A model generated the notes under the pieces. That model was not told the DNA's origin. It worked only from the letters and a program-made list of their open reading frames with translations, and did no database searches. Positions 10,731 through 22,543 of a stretch of DNA of 64,000 bases are shown here, in pieces. Source of the stretch: Mantamonas sphyraenae STR306 (lineage: Eukaryota; Protista; CRuMs). Position 1 is the first letter of the stretch, and each line of letters starts with the position of its first letter. Where the stretch lies: contig JAPMXV010000063.1 in the NCBI GenBank assembly GCA_026936335.1, positions 1 to 64,000 of the forward strand, read 5' to 3'. Position numbers and translations under genes: made by a program.

Positions 10731-11906
10731 TCACAACCCCAAAAAGTCCGTCACGTCATCCACCTCTCGGATCCGCGCCTGCTTGTGTGCCCACCTGCTT
10801 TCGTGCAGCTCCTGGTCCGTGTTGATCTTGCGCAGATACAGCTTCTTCTTGCACGCTGGGCACTTTTTGCCATCCTTTGGGAACGGCGGCCGTGCCAGAT
10901 ACTCCTCCAGACACCCGATGTGAAACAGGTGTCCACAGTACACCTTTTCCACCTGCATCGCTTTGGGAGGGTCCTGGTCTGCTTCGCTCGGCTCTGCCGG
11001 AAAGATCAGCTCCTCGCAGTACTGGCACGGTTCGTGCGGATACTGCTGCACCACCTCGTACACGTACTTGACCATATCAAACAGAGACGCCCTGGCCTTC
11101 CACTCCTCCGCCCCGCTCACGCTCGCACTCGAACTCGAACTCCCGCTTGACGAAGAAGAACTCGAGCTCGACGATCCTCCGCCACTGCTCTTCCCCTTGC
11201 CCTTCTCTTTGCCCGCCCCGCCACGTGTAAACCTGCTCGGCTTTGTCGTAGCCTTCCGCCCAACCTCTACCGTCTTGCTTACAAACTGCGTCACAAACAG
11301 CTCCGGAAAGTTCCCGTCCTTCACCTTTACCTTTGGCGGCTTGCTTGGGTACTCGTCACCCACTGTAAACTGCACCACAAAGAAATACTTTTCCTCTTCA
11401 AACCGCACCGTCACCGTGCCCTTCTTCTCACTCAGCTTCACCCGTTCCTGCGCCTCCCCTGCAAACAACTCCTCCACAATCCGCCGCACCTCCGGGTACG
11501 CCGTCACGAGTAGATTCGTTTCCAAACACTGCGGCATGCATGCATCGTGTCAGCTCCACCCTAACCCTTCCAGCCCTTTCTTTGCCCTCTTTCTCCCTAC
11601 CTTGCGTGCCGCATCCACACACGCCAGCACCTGCCCCTCTCCCGCTAGCCGCTCTGCCGTCAACTCGCACAGCTTCAGGATCTTTGGCAGCAGTTCTTTC
11701 GGCAACACCTTGCTTTTCACCTGAACAATCACCACCTCCTCCGGGTACCCGTCTGGAAAGTGTAGCAACACACGCAGCTTCTTGTGCTCGTTCAGCGACA
11801 ATGCCACACACGTGTACGACCGCGTGCATGTCTCCAGCTCCTCCTCGCTCAACACTTCCTTCAGTCGAGCAAGCTCATCTCCGAGCACATCCTCGCTCTC
11901 GCTCAT
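10731..11906 (-). CDS. RWD-domain (probably tandem) plus RING-H2 protein, putative E3 ligase; exons 11906-11601 and 11528-10731
   Basis: RWD-type loops FPDGYPE and VGDEYPSKPP; RING CQYC...CGHLFHIGC...CPAC. Intron 11600-11529 (GTAGGG...GCTGAC...GCAG) removes the in-frame TGA. Confidence 0.82.
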
Positions 11907-11998
11907 CTCTCTGACTTTGTCCTGGTCCGCCCTCCGCCGAACCGGCCCCACATCCCCCAACCTTTTCACCTGGCTGTTGCGGCTACCCCCGTCCCACC

Positions 11999-13354
11999 AT
12001 GCCTTCCATCCTACAGAAGCACAGGGTGCAGCTCACTGTCAACCTCCACCCGCGCTTCACCTCAAACATCAAGGATGGCGTCGACGCCACCCTCCGCAAG
12101 CAGCTCATGAAGTTTTCCCCGCAGCTCAAGGGCGTCGTCGTTGCCTACGACAACGTCCAGCCCGTCCACAAGGCAGGACGCATCATCGACGATCGCATGT
12201 ACATTCACTTTGACGTCCGCGTCACCTTTCTCGTTTTCTCCCCTATCGTCGGCCAGATTCTCGGTATGTCATCCTCCCTGCGTCGCCCCACCGCTTCACA
12301 TGGCCCCACCTCTCTGCCGCCCCCTCCTCTTTGCCTCCCCATGCCCTCCCTCCCGTGCCCACGGCGGCCCCGTCGCATGCACGTCCGCCGCTCCGCTCCT
12401 CACACCTCCTCCACGCCCACATGATCCTCCTGCTGCGCACACCCTCCCCCCAAAGTTGGTACTGTCAACCAGGTATCCTCCGACCACATCGGCCTCCTCG
12501 TCTTTGGCACCTTCAACTGCTCCATTGCCGCCGCAGACTGCGGCGCATTTGTCTGCGACGAATCCGGCTACGACTCCCGCTGGCTCGACCGCGACGACCC
12601 CGAGCTCGAGCTCACAGTCGACGCAAATCTCATCTTCCGCGTCAAGCGCGTCATGGTTGCCAACGACATGATCTCCATCCACGGCCAGCTCGACAAAGAC
12701 GACGACGACACGGGGCTCGTCCTCTCCCCAGCCATGCAACAGGTCTGGCCCGCCTATTCCTCCTCCACCACAGCATACACCTCTCCCAAGAAGTCATCCT
12801 CCTCCTCCTCATCATCATCATCATCCTCCTCCTCCTCCGCCGACTCGGACTCCGACTCGGACGCCAGCAGCAGACTCGATCTCCACCGCGGTGACTCGGA
12901 GGCCGAGAGTGATGACACCGTTGGCGCACGCGATGCCCTCTACCGAACCGGTCTCACCTCTGCCAGCAACTCGGATGCGGAAGACGGCGCCTCCACGCCC
13001 CGGTCCAACAAAGCCCGCAAGCAGGCCCTCAAGCAAGCCATCAAGGGCGACCCCAAACTCCTTGAAGCTGCTCGCAAGAAGCTCACTGCAGCTGCCACAC
13101 AGTCCATCCAGCGCAACCACTCTGCCTCCAAGCAATCCAAGCGCAAACGCAAACTCCCGTCCTCCGACGACGCTCAATTGGGCTACGAGAGCGACCGTGA
13201 GGCCTGGGACGATGACAACGACGCCGCCACTGCCGCCGCCACCGCTTCCACCACCAAGAAGCGCAAGAAGGACTCGTCCGACAAAAAGGCCAAAAAGGCC
13301 AAGAAGGCTGCCTCCAAGAAAAAGACCAAAAAGACCAAAAAGAGCAAAGAATAG
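11999..13354 (+). CDS. RPA43: RNA polymerase I subunit RPA43; exons 11999-12263 and 12456-13354
   Basis: LMKFSPQLKGVVVAYDNV...FLVFSPIVGQIL|VGTVNQVSSDHIGLLVFGTFNCSI is the RPA43/RPB7-like OB signature, followed by a Lys-rich tail. Intron GTATGT...AAAG. Confidence 0.88.
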
Positions 13355-13374
13355 ACATTCCACACATCACAGAC

Positions 13375-13404
13375 CCTCTCTTTCTCTCTCTCTCTCTCTC
13401 TCTC
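13375..13404. repeat. (CT)n microsatellite between convergent stop codons
   Basis: ctctctttctctctctctctctctctctc. Confidence 0.8.
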
Positions 13405-13420
13405 ATCCAAACCACCCGCT

Positions 13421-14583
13421 TCACTTCTTGCGGCGACGGCCAATCTGCGCCGAGTAACCGCTCTTGATCGGTGCCACACTGCGGCTCGAGTTGCAGGTCT
13501 TGCACTCCACAAAGTGCAGACGAGTCACCGGGTTTCGCGTCAGAAGTGTGTCGGGCGACTTGCAGATCGCACACGTCACGTACTCGGTGATGTACGCCCG
13601 CAGCAGCGTCTCGATCTGCTTTGCCTGGAAGCGGCCCTTGATGATCAGACGCCCGTTGCCGTCTGTCGATCCGCTTGTGCCCAGTTCCGTAAACATAAAC
13701 GCAATCACGTGCTCCACCGGCCGGTGCATGGTCTCGCAGATCTCCGGAAAGTTCTGCCACGCCGTCTTTTTCGCTCCCTGACGGATCACATCAGGCGGCT
13801 TCATGGCAATGCGCTTCTTGTCCTGCGTCCTGCTTCCGCTTCCGTGCATCGTCTGGTACAGCCGCTCCAGCAGCTCCTCGTATTTGTACCCGCCGGCCAT
13901 TGCCACCTCTCCCTCCTCTTCGTTGCCCTTGCCCCCGGCCGTGTCCATCTTGATGCCCAGCGACGACACGCCTGCATCGTCGTCATCTCCCTCTTCCTCA
14001 TCCTCCTTGTTTCCGTCCTCGCTCTTCTCGTTCTCCCAGTCCTCGCTTGTCTCCTCCTTCTTGCTGCTCTTCTTCGACCCCTTCTTCCCGCCCTTCTTCT
14101 TCTTCTTCCCTGCAAACAGATCCGTCAGCTCCGCCGCTGTGTGTGTTCCACCCCATCCCATCCCTGTGTCAGTCACCCTTTTCTCTTCCACAACCCTCCC
14201 ACCTCCCCTTTTGCCACCACCCCCGTTCCTCTCCCGCTTTCTCGGAAATTCGCATGTTCCCCATCCGCCTCTCCCTCCTTGCCCATCGACCCCCACCCTC
14301 CACCCACCTGTCTCTGCATCTGTCACTGTGCTTTCCTCCTTCTTGTCCCCCTTGCTCTTCTTCTTCTTCTTCTTCTTCTTCTTTGTGTCGAACAGTGCGC
14401 TCTGCCATTTCCGATCAAACCCCCCACAAACGTCGTCAGCCCCGCGCGTTCCAAAACACTCTCCCCCGTCCCCTCCCTCTCCCCCACAGCCTCCCTCCCA
14501 AACAACCCTCACCCCCCCCCGTCAACCCCACCACTCACCGTATCAATTTCCTCGCCTTCCGGCTTGGTCTCTTGGTCACTCAT
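13421..14583 (-). CDS. EIF2S2: Translation initiation factor eIF2 beta; exons 14583-14539, 14401-14308 and 14136-13421
   Basis: Poly-Lys boxes, YEELLER, NFPEICETMHRPVEHVIAFMFTELGTSGS, zinc ribbon CAICKSPDT...CKTC. Introns GTGAGT...GCAG and GTGGGT...ACAG. Confidence 0.95.
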
Positions 14584-14611
14584 TTTTGTTGATTTGCCCG
14601 TCGCTCCCCCG

Positions 14612-16165
14612 TCAATACAGAAACCCATCCTCAGCCTTCACATTGAAACTCCTCTTTGTCAACGACGTCACAACGTTGCCCGTGTACGACCCGGGACCCG
14701 GGATCTCATCTCGCTTCTGCTTCCGAAACCGCTGCTCCTTCACCACCCACCGCCCACCGGGTTTCTGGCCCATTTCAAACGTGCTCTTTGTGTAGCTGCC
14801 CGGTCCTGGTGTGTAGCTGTTGGCCAGTGTCGTCTTCAACTCTCGCCGCGTTGTGCTCAGAAACACCTGCTTGTCGCTCTGCCGCCGCGGCGTCTTTTTG
14901 ATCCACTCGTTCCGGTCCACGTTGTAGCTCCCGGGCGGCGGCACCTCGTTCTTCTCGCGTGCCTTGTACACAGCGTCCCTTTTGGTGCGACTGCGGAACG
15001 CTGCACTCTCCTTGCTGCGTTGAAAGTCGTCTGTGCGCAGTTCCTTCACCGCGTGCGACTCGTAGCTCCCGGGCCCCGGTTGATCGTCCCGTTCGCCATG
15101 CCGTCCAAACCGGTTGCTCGTCGTGCCAAATCCCACCGACGACACACCCAGTTGCGAATGGTACGGCGTACGCGACGCCACATCCTTTGCCAGACTCACG
15201 CTCTCGTGGTTGTCGTACGCCCCTGGCCCGGGCACACTCATGCGCCTCGGCTTGTCGAACCGCGGTGCACTCGAGTTGAACGAACGCCCACGTTCCGTCA
15301 GACGAAACACCGGTTTGCTTGTGAACGAGCTCATGGCCTCGTACGACCCGGGTCCCACTGCCGCCTCCTGCCGTCTCGTCCTCCTCCCACTCGTCGACGT
15401 GCTTGCCACCACCCCACGCCGTGTGCTCGACCCAAAGTTTTGCAACTCCCTCGGCACACGCTTCACCTTGAACGACGACGGCGCATTGTACTCTCCCGGC
15501 CCGGGCAGTTCCTCCTTGTCTCGCTCCGCTTGTCCTCCCCACCGCCGTGTACTCGATGCAAACGTCGCACTTGGACGCACCTGTTCCTCTGCACGTCCCA
15601 CTGCCATCACCTCGGACTTTCGCTCGCCAGCCCCTGTCGTCTCGTACGCTCCAGGGCCCGGCGTGTTCAGTAGCTCCCCGACCATGGCTTTCGGGTCGCT
15701 TCGCTTCGTCTTGCTCCGAGCAAACAGTGCTCCTCCACTCTTCTTCAGCGACGACCGCGTGCTTCCCAGTTCTCTCTGTGGTTCCATGTGTGTCAGTGTG
15801 TCCGCACGCACGCCCCTGGTCCCTTTCTCCTCCGTTTCAAGAAATCTGGCCGTTACCCACCTCGCTGCTCCGATCTTCGGGCGCCGCTTGAGCACGCATC
15901 CGCCCGGTCTGCGGATCCACCTCATACCCAAAGCTCTGGTTGCGTCCTGGGATCGCTGGCGGCGTCTGCACAGGCACCCATGTCACTCGCCCGTACGACA
16001 CCTGGCCCTCGTTACTCCCTTTGCTCTTCCTCGGTTTGCTCACGCTCGGTTTGACCCACGGCTGCACCGTCGAGTATTGCCCCGGATCCGGTCCGTCCGA
16101 CTTGACCCGTCCAAACCGTTGTGCGCTGCTCATGAACCCTCCGCGTCCGCCTCCCACTCGCCCGT

Positions 16166-16197
<32 letters not shown>

Positions 16198-16493
16198 TTG
16201 TGATTCCCTCCCAGGCCCGTCCTCACACGCCCTCCCTTGCTGCTCCGCCTTCCTTGACCCCCACCACGGCTGCTCCGTCCAAACGAAGACACCTCCACGT
16301 TGTACTCCCCGGGTCCTGGTCGCCACACCTCCTCCTCCTTGACCCCGCTTTCAAACCTCGGCGCTGTCGATGCAAACGGCGCTGCGTTCCCACGCACTTT
16401 CTTCTCCGCTGCCACATACGATCCGGGGCCCACATTGCTCCCCGTCTGTGCGTTCACCATCGTCACCTCTCGCTTCGCTTTCGTCGTGAACAT
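14612..16493 (-). CDS. Sperm-tail PG-rich repeat (ODF3/STPG/SHIPPO-like) axonemal protein; exons 16493-15861 and 15775-14612
   Basis: More than 10 PGPGxY motifs, each preceded by F.S...RF. Intron 15860-15776 (GTGGGT...CTGAC...ACAG) joins the two ORFs in frame. Confidence 0.85.
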
Positions 16494-16550
16494 CCTGCCG
16501 CGGTTTGTCTTTGCCTCCGCCTGCGCCAGCTCGACCAACACACACCACCC

Positions 16551-17342
16551 ATGCAATCTCTCTCCACCTTTGCCCACGCCTCTCTGACCCGTGGCCAGGC
16601 TCCTCGCAGACTCCTCTTCTTCGCCTCCATGGCTACTGCCCTCCTTGCTGCGCTCTCCTTTGGCCAGCTCCTCCTCCACTTTTGGCGCCAAACTCCCGTC
16701 GACCCGCTTGCCGCCATGCTCATCTCTGCCAACAAGACTGCCCTCATTGTCGATCTCTTTCTCCTTGTCCTCCTCAACCTCCTCACCCAATGGCTCTCCT
16801 CCTCCCCCTTCATCACCTCCCGCCTCCCCGCGGCATTTGTCCCCAGCCTCCCGGCCCTCGCCTACGCCCTTGCCATGCAGCTTCTCCTTCGCTTCTGGCT
16901 CCCCATCGACACTCTTCTCTGGTCCCACCTCGACTTGCCCCACTCGCTCCTCCCCTGGCTCCAGACCATCCGCCGCTTCGGCCTCCTCCTCCTTGCCGCC
17001 TCCGCCCTTGTCTTCAACCAGCTCCGCATTCTCGGTGTCCAGGCCGCCTGGTCGCATCTCTGGTTTGACGACACTCCTGTCCCTGCTCCCTCCCATGCCC
17101 AACACCTCCCTCTCGCCCCGACCACCCGTGATCCCGCACGAGCCGACGTGTCCACCCTCCTTGCCCTCAACCTCTTTCTCTGGGCCACCCCGTCCATGCC
17201 TGTCGACCGTGCCCTCCTTGCAACCTATCTCCTCTTCCAGCTTGTGGTCCATGCACGCACCCTTGACCTCGACCACGCCTCAAACATCAAAACAGAGCTC
17301 GCCGGCAAACGCTTCCGCGCCATTGTCTCTGCACGCCCGTGA
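16551..17342 (+). CDS. NRM: Nurim-like multipass nuclear-envelope membrane protein
   Basis: Several TM helices; the C-terminal LWATPSMPVDRALLATYLL...LDLDHASNIKTELAGK resembles the nurim C-terminus. The start could instead be 16629. Confidence 0.6.
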   Translation: MQSLSTFAHASLTRGQAPRRLLFFASMATALLAALSFGQLLLHFWRQTPVDPLAAMLISANKTALIVDLFLLVLLNLLTQWLSSSPFITSRLPAAFVPSLPALAYALAMQLLLRFWLPIDTLLWSHLDLPHSLLPWLQTIRRFGLLLLAASALVFNQLRILGVQAAWSHLWFDDTPVPAPSHAQHLPLAPTTRDPARADVSTLLALNLFLWATPSMPVDRALLATYLLFQLVVHARTLDLDHASNIKTELAGKRFRAIVSARP

Positions 17343-17369
17343 CCCATCATCAATTTGTACAATACATTT

Positions 17370-20300
17370 TCATCTCGACTCTGTCTTTGTCAACCCACTT
17401 GCCTGTCGAAGTGTGTTGGCCATGTACATCCGTCCGCTTGACGACCGCCGAAGATCCCCGTCCCCAATCCCCCTGCTTGCACTCGACGACCTCCTGATCC
17501 CACTCGACGACCTCCTCAACCCTCCCTCCCCACCCTTTCCCCCACTCGACGACCTCCTCAACCCTCCCTCCCCACCCTTCCCCCCACTCGACGACCTCCT
17601 CAACCCTCCCTCCCCACCCTTTCCCCCACTCGACGACCTCCTCAACCCTCCCTCCCCACCCTTTCCCCCACTCGACGACCTCCGCAACCCTCCCTCCCCA
17701 CCAACCTCCTCCTTCGGACTCCTCGGACTCCTCGGACTCCTTGGACTCCTCTTCCTCCCCCCCACCATCCCCAACTCCCCAATACCCAACCGAAACCGCT
17801 TCTTCACCCCTTTCAACGCTTCCTCCACCTGTCGCAACTTGTGCTTGTCCAGCCTGTACCCGTCCTGCCTCTGTGCAACCCCACTTCCGTACACAAAGCA
17901 CACGTCTGCATGCTCCAGGTACAACTCCACGTTCTCCGCGTCCAACACATCTTCCCCGCCCACTCCCAGATGACACGCTGTGCCCAACGACCGCCTCAAA
18001 CGCAGCAAATCCTTGGGCAACCCACTCGTCACCACCAGATCTGCATAGGCCAGCGTCTGCATCACCACCTCCTCCACCGCATCCCGTCCCACCTTCCGCT
18101 CCCCTGCATACGCTGCCCCAGCAAAGTACAGTCCTTGCCACTTGCTCTCCTTCTTCGCGCTTGCAATCCTCGCCGCAAATCGCTGCAGCTTCTCCCCTGC
18201 ACGCACACCGCTGTCTCCAAAGAACACCGCGTCCACCACATGTTGCGGACGCAACAGCACCTCAAACACATCCTCCGACGGTTCCCCACTCGAGTAGAAC
18301 CCCACAAATGCCTCTGCCCCAACCTTGTTTTTCACCTCGTCGTACATCTCCGCCAGCGACTCCAACCCAAACTCCACGTCGTACAGAAACACCCCGTCTG
18401 CGCCATGCTCCAGCGCCTCCTCCACCCCGCGCACACATTGCGACACGCTCTTTCACCGGCAACACCACAAAGTACACTCCCGTCGAACTTCCAAACCGCT
18501 TCAGAAACACATTCCGCGTCCGTTCGTTGCCCAGAATCGGCACGCGTCGCCTTCGCTCTGAAATCCCTCGCGAAAGACTCGACGCCATGTGCGCACGCAG
18601 CCTATCTCCACCACTGCTGCTGCTCCCCACCCCCATCGACTCCTCCCCGCCATTCTCATCCTCCCACCCATCCTCGTCCACAGCGCTCACCTGCCCATAC
18701 CCGGACGATCGCCGCCCGTCTGGCCGCTCGATCATGCTCACCATCTCCCTCTCCAGCCGCTCCAACTCCTCCGACACCGCTTTCAGCTCGCTCGGATCCA
18801 CCGTACCCATCTCCTCGTCGTGCACCATCAGCACAAACATACACCTGCACACACGCGCCATCTCCCGCGCATTCCGTGCCGTCACACCCGTGGACAAACT
18901 CAGCCACGTCTCTTCTCCCAGCCCCGCCTTGAACACGTCCATTTGCTCCACCGTCGGTGCCTCCAACGACCGTGTCTGCACTGTTGCCACGTCCACAAAC
19001 CGCGGCAACAGGCCGCTCAGCTGCAACAGCGCCTGCTGCGAGATGGCTCGGCTGTCGTCCAACACCACCCCTGCAAACAGCAGCCCTTCCCATCCAGATG
19101 CCTTCCGTGCACGCAACACCGCCTCCGCCGTGTCCTGGTAGCTCACGCTGCCCAGCTCCAGTTTCAGATCGGGTACCCACACGGCAGGCACGTCCAACTT
19201 GCTCGCCACAATTACCTGGAATACCGCCGTGGCATGCACGTCCCAGAACCCCACTCCGATCCATGCATCCGGAAACTGCAGACGCATGGCACGCGTGATC
19301 GACACCAGATGGTCTCGTCCGCTGTCAAAGTTCACCAGAAACACCCCACGCGCACGGTTCGCCAACGCAACCTCAATGTCCAGCCGAGTCTGGTTCACAT
19401 CGCCCACATTGATCACTGCCAGCAGGTTTGTGCTCACGTGGCCCGGCAGGCTTCGCGACAATTGCCTCTGGATGCCCATTCGCGTGAACCGCCCTGCGTC
19501 ACGGTACTCTCGAAGCCGTTCGCTGATCCCCATCAGCTCCTCACGGTCAAAGTCCGCCGTCAACGCCTTGTTCTCCTCTGCGTCATTCACCACCATGAAA
19601 AACTGGGCGTACGCCACATACTTCAGCACGTTGGCCGCTGTGACCCCGGCCGAAATCGCCACCGGTGCCCCCGCTGCCCCTTCGCAAATGCTGTGCACCT
19701 TTTGCAGACTTGGCGCATCCCCAAACCCATTCCCTGCCGTCGCCACCACGTCCACATACGACGCCCCCACACGCCCGGCCGCCTTGTACAGCGCCGCACT
19801 TACTTTCTGCCCATGCGATGCCACGTTCCCAAACACCAGACCCGTATACCCTGTCTTTTTCAGCATCCGCATCCACAGCCCCGCTTTCTTCGGGTTTGCA
19901 CTCTTGCCCGTAATGTGCGTCGTCTCCAGCCACACCGCATCCACAGGTTCCGGCGCCGTGTGAACCCACCGAAACACCTCTTCGTTAGCCACGGTAGGCA
20001 TGCACACCCCGAGGAACAGGCCCGGGTGGTCCCTCTTCATCTTGGCGTGCACCTCCAGCAGCTTCTTTGGCAACATCCCGTTCGACTTGAGAAACACGCC
20101 CGTGGCGCCGCATTCCAGCGCAATCGCAATGTTCCTCCGCACCTGCGACGTCGAATCCACACGCAACACAACCACGAGGTGGTGATCCTTCTCCGGGAAA
20201 CACTCGCCCAGCTTTTCCCGCCGTTTCCGTGGTAGCTGGATCTTGGCTCGGTCGTACTCGTGGATCACCAGCGCCGCCTCTTCCATCAGCTCCCCACTGA

Positions 20301-22413
20301 GGTCAAACTCGGTTTCCAGAACACTTTCACCAAAGATGTGCACCTGTGTATGAGGCAGAAACCGGCTCAGCTGAGGCCCCGTTGCTTCCGACCCGTCCAC
20401 CAGCGCAAACCACCCATTCTTGCCCAGACCCTGCGCAAGTTGCCTCGAGTGTGTCGCCACATCCGCTGCCCACTCTTTGTTCTGTGAATACATGCTGCTT
20501 GTCACCACATCGCAGTACTGTACCGCCATGGCCCCGATGCTGCTCAGAGGCAACGACTGCAGACGCGCAACACCCTCCTGGTCCGACAGCACGCCTCCAA
20601 ACACAAGTCCCTTCCAACTGGTTTGGAACCGTTCCCGCATCATCATGCGCGCAAGCACGTTGCTGTCCGTGTCCGCCTCCAGCTGCAGTTCCATAATCCA
20701 CACCGCATCCACCCCACATCGCACCGTCTCCAGCTGCTCAAACATGCCCACACTGCCCACCTCCACACCAATGCCCACCCACGCATCACGGTGCTTCTCT
20801 TTCACCATTTCCACGCACGTAATCAGCTCCTCCAAACTCATCTCCCCGTTGCTCACAAACAGGCCGTCCATCCCTGCCCCCAGTGCCACGCCTGCGTTGT
20901 GCAACATCTGTTTGTGTGTTGCCACACGCACGTGCGCCAGTGCCACTCGCTCCCGCCCGCCAAAGCTGGCACGGAGCGTCTCCTGCACCCACCCGCTCTT
21001 GTTGTACACCCGCCGCACCAGATTGTGCATAAACGTCGCACGCTCCAACACCGCCCGTGTATCCACCTCTGCAAACGGGCCGTACATGATCACGTTGCAC
21101 ACCTCCATGTACGGCTGCAGACACTCCGTGTCAAACCGTTGGCTCATGCATGCCAGCAGTGCATCCTTGCTCATCCCCTGTCGCATGTTTTTCAGTTTCT
21201 GAATCGATGGCAGCGTGTTGCGTCGTGCTCCACTTGTCATCACCACGTCGCACAGTGGCTGTGCAAGCCGTGCCGCAAACGGCACCAGCTTCTTTCGCAC
21301 ACTCTCCCCACTGTACAGCGAATCCACCGCTCCAAACACCATCCCATCCCACATCGACTCCATGTGTGCCAACATTGCCTCGTGTGCCTCCAACTGCCGT
21401 TCCTCGTTCCCTGGCGCCCCGTAGTTCAGCAGAAGATCGTCCACAACCACTCCGTCCACAAACTCCTCACTGCTCTCCAGCAGAGAGAACAGATCCACAA
21501 ACGACACCGTGTGCACAATCAGCCCAATCCATCGTTTCCGAAAGGCACCTTTCACCTCTGCAAACACCTCCAGCAGGGCCTCCCCACTCATGTGCTTCTT
21601 GTTGTCCAGCAACACCCCATCTGCGTGTCCTTTGAATGCCGCACGCACTGCACGAGTCGTTTGGCTCACATTCTCCACCTCCACCACCACCAGGAACACT
21701 CGCTCGTTCTCCTTGCCAAAGTGCTCTGCCCACTTGTTTGCCAGCTGTTGTGACTGCAACAGTGGTCCCTCCTCCTCCCCATCCATCGTCAGTTGCTCCT
21801 TGTCCAACCCTTCTTCGAACGATTCTTCACGTTGCAGTGGCGACGACGCAAAGTCCAGCGACCCGGTGAACGATTCCATCCGCCGCAACACCCTGTCGTC
21901 TGCATCCTCGTACGTCGTCGCTGCGTCGATTTCGTCACGTGACTCCTCGTACAATGTCCGCCTGTCCGATTCTGCCATCAGCGAGCTCATCGACATCGCA
22001 GGGCGCAGTGGAGGCGTCGCTGTCGGCGTTGAGGATTGGCGCTTCAACGTTCGCTTCGTCTCCTCCTCCCCACTGCGCCACGACGACGACGACGCCAACC
22101 CACGACGTCCCTCTGTTTTCCATGACGACGATGAAGACAGTGTTCGTGTCGATGATCCCACCATCTCCTCTTCTCGCGAGATACGCCTGCCTTTGCTCTT
22201 ACCGCCCGTTGTCGACGACAACGAAGACGACGACGAGCGCCGCAGGGACGTGCTCTTTGTGCTCGACTCCTCTCCACTCCGCCTGCGACTGCGCTGACCA
22301 TGCTCCTCGCCACTCTCCTTGTGTCGACCCAATTTAGATGCCTCATCCTGCCACAACTGATTCGAGTACGTGTTCGACTCGAGGTCAAACTGCACCCCTC
22401 GCCTCGACGACAT
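17370..22413 (-). CDS. Large protein with five tandem BtpA/SgcQ-like TIM-barrel domains and Ser/Arg-rich termini; +1 frameshift at 18451-18453
   Basis: Five repeats of Vxx.Q...AxxxGADGVFL...WIG...VDAVW...WxGLxFxG...DVVxTSG...GVTxxNV. Removing one T at 18451-18453 joins ORFs 18262-22470 and 17370-18446 as LPVKSVSQ, matching VEVENVSQ of repeat 1. Confidence 0.75.
17501..17700 (-). repeat. 42-bp tandem repeat (~5 copies) encoding GGKGGEGGLRRSSS
   Basis: Units start at 17501, 17543, 17585, 17627 and 17669. Confidence 0.93.
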
Positions 22414-22543
22414 TGCTTCCCTTTCTTTTGCATCCACGTGCGCACCCACCCCAGCAACCCCAACCCCCACCCTTCCCCCCTCCCCCTCCCTCTCCCCTCT
22501 CTCCCCTCACTCACAGATCCCCCGCCTCCCCCAACACATCCCA

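Noticed and set aside
17501-17700. CRISPR-like array
   Set aside because: The repeats are contiguous with no unique spacers, are coding, and lie in a eukaryotic context without cas genes.
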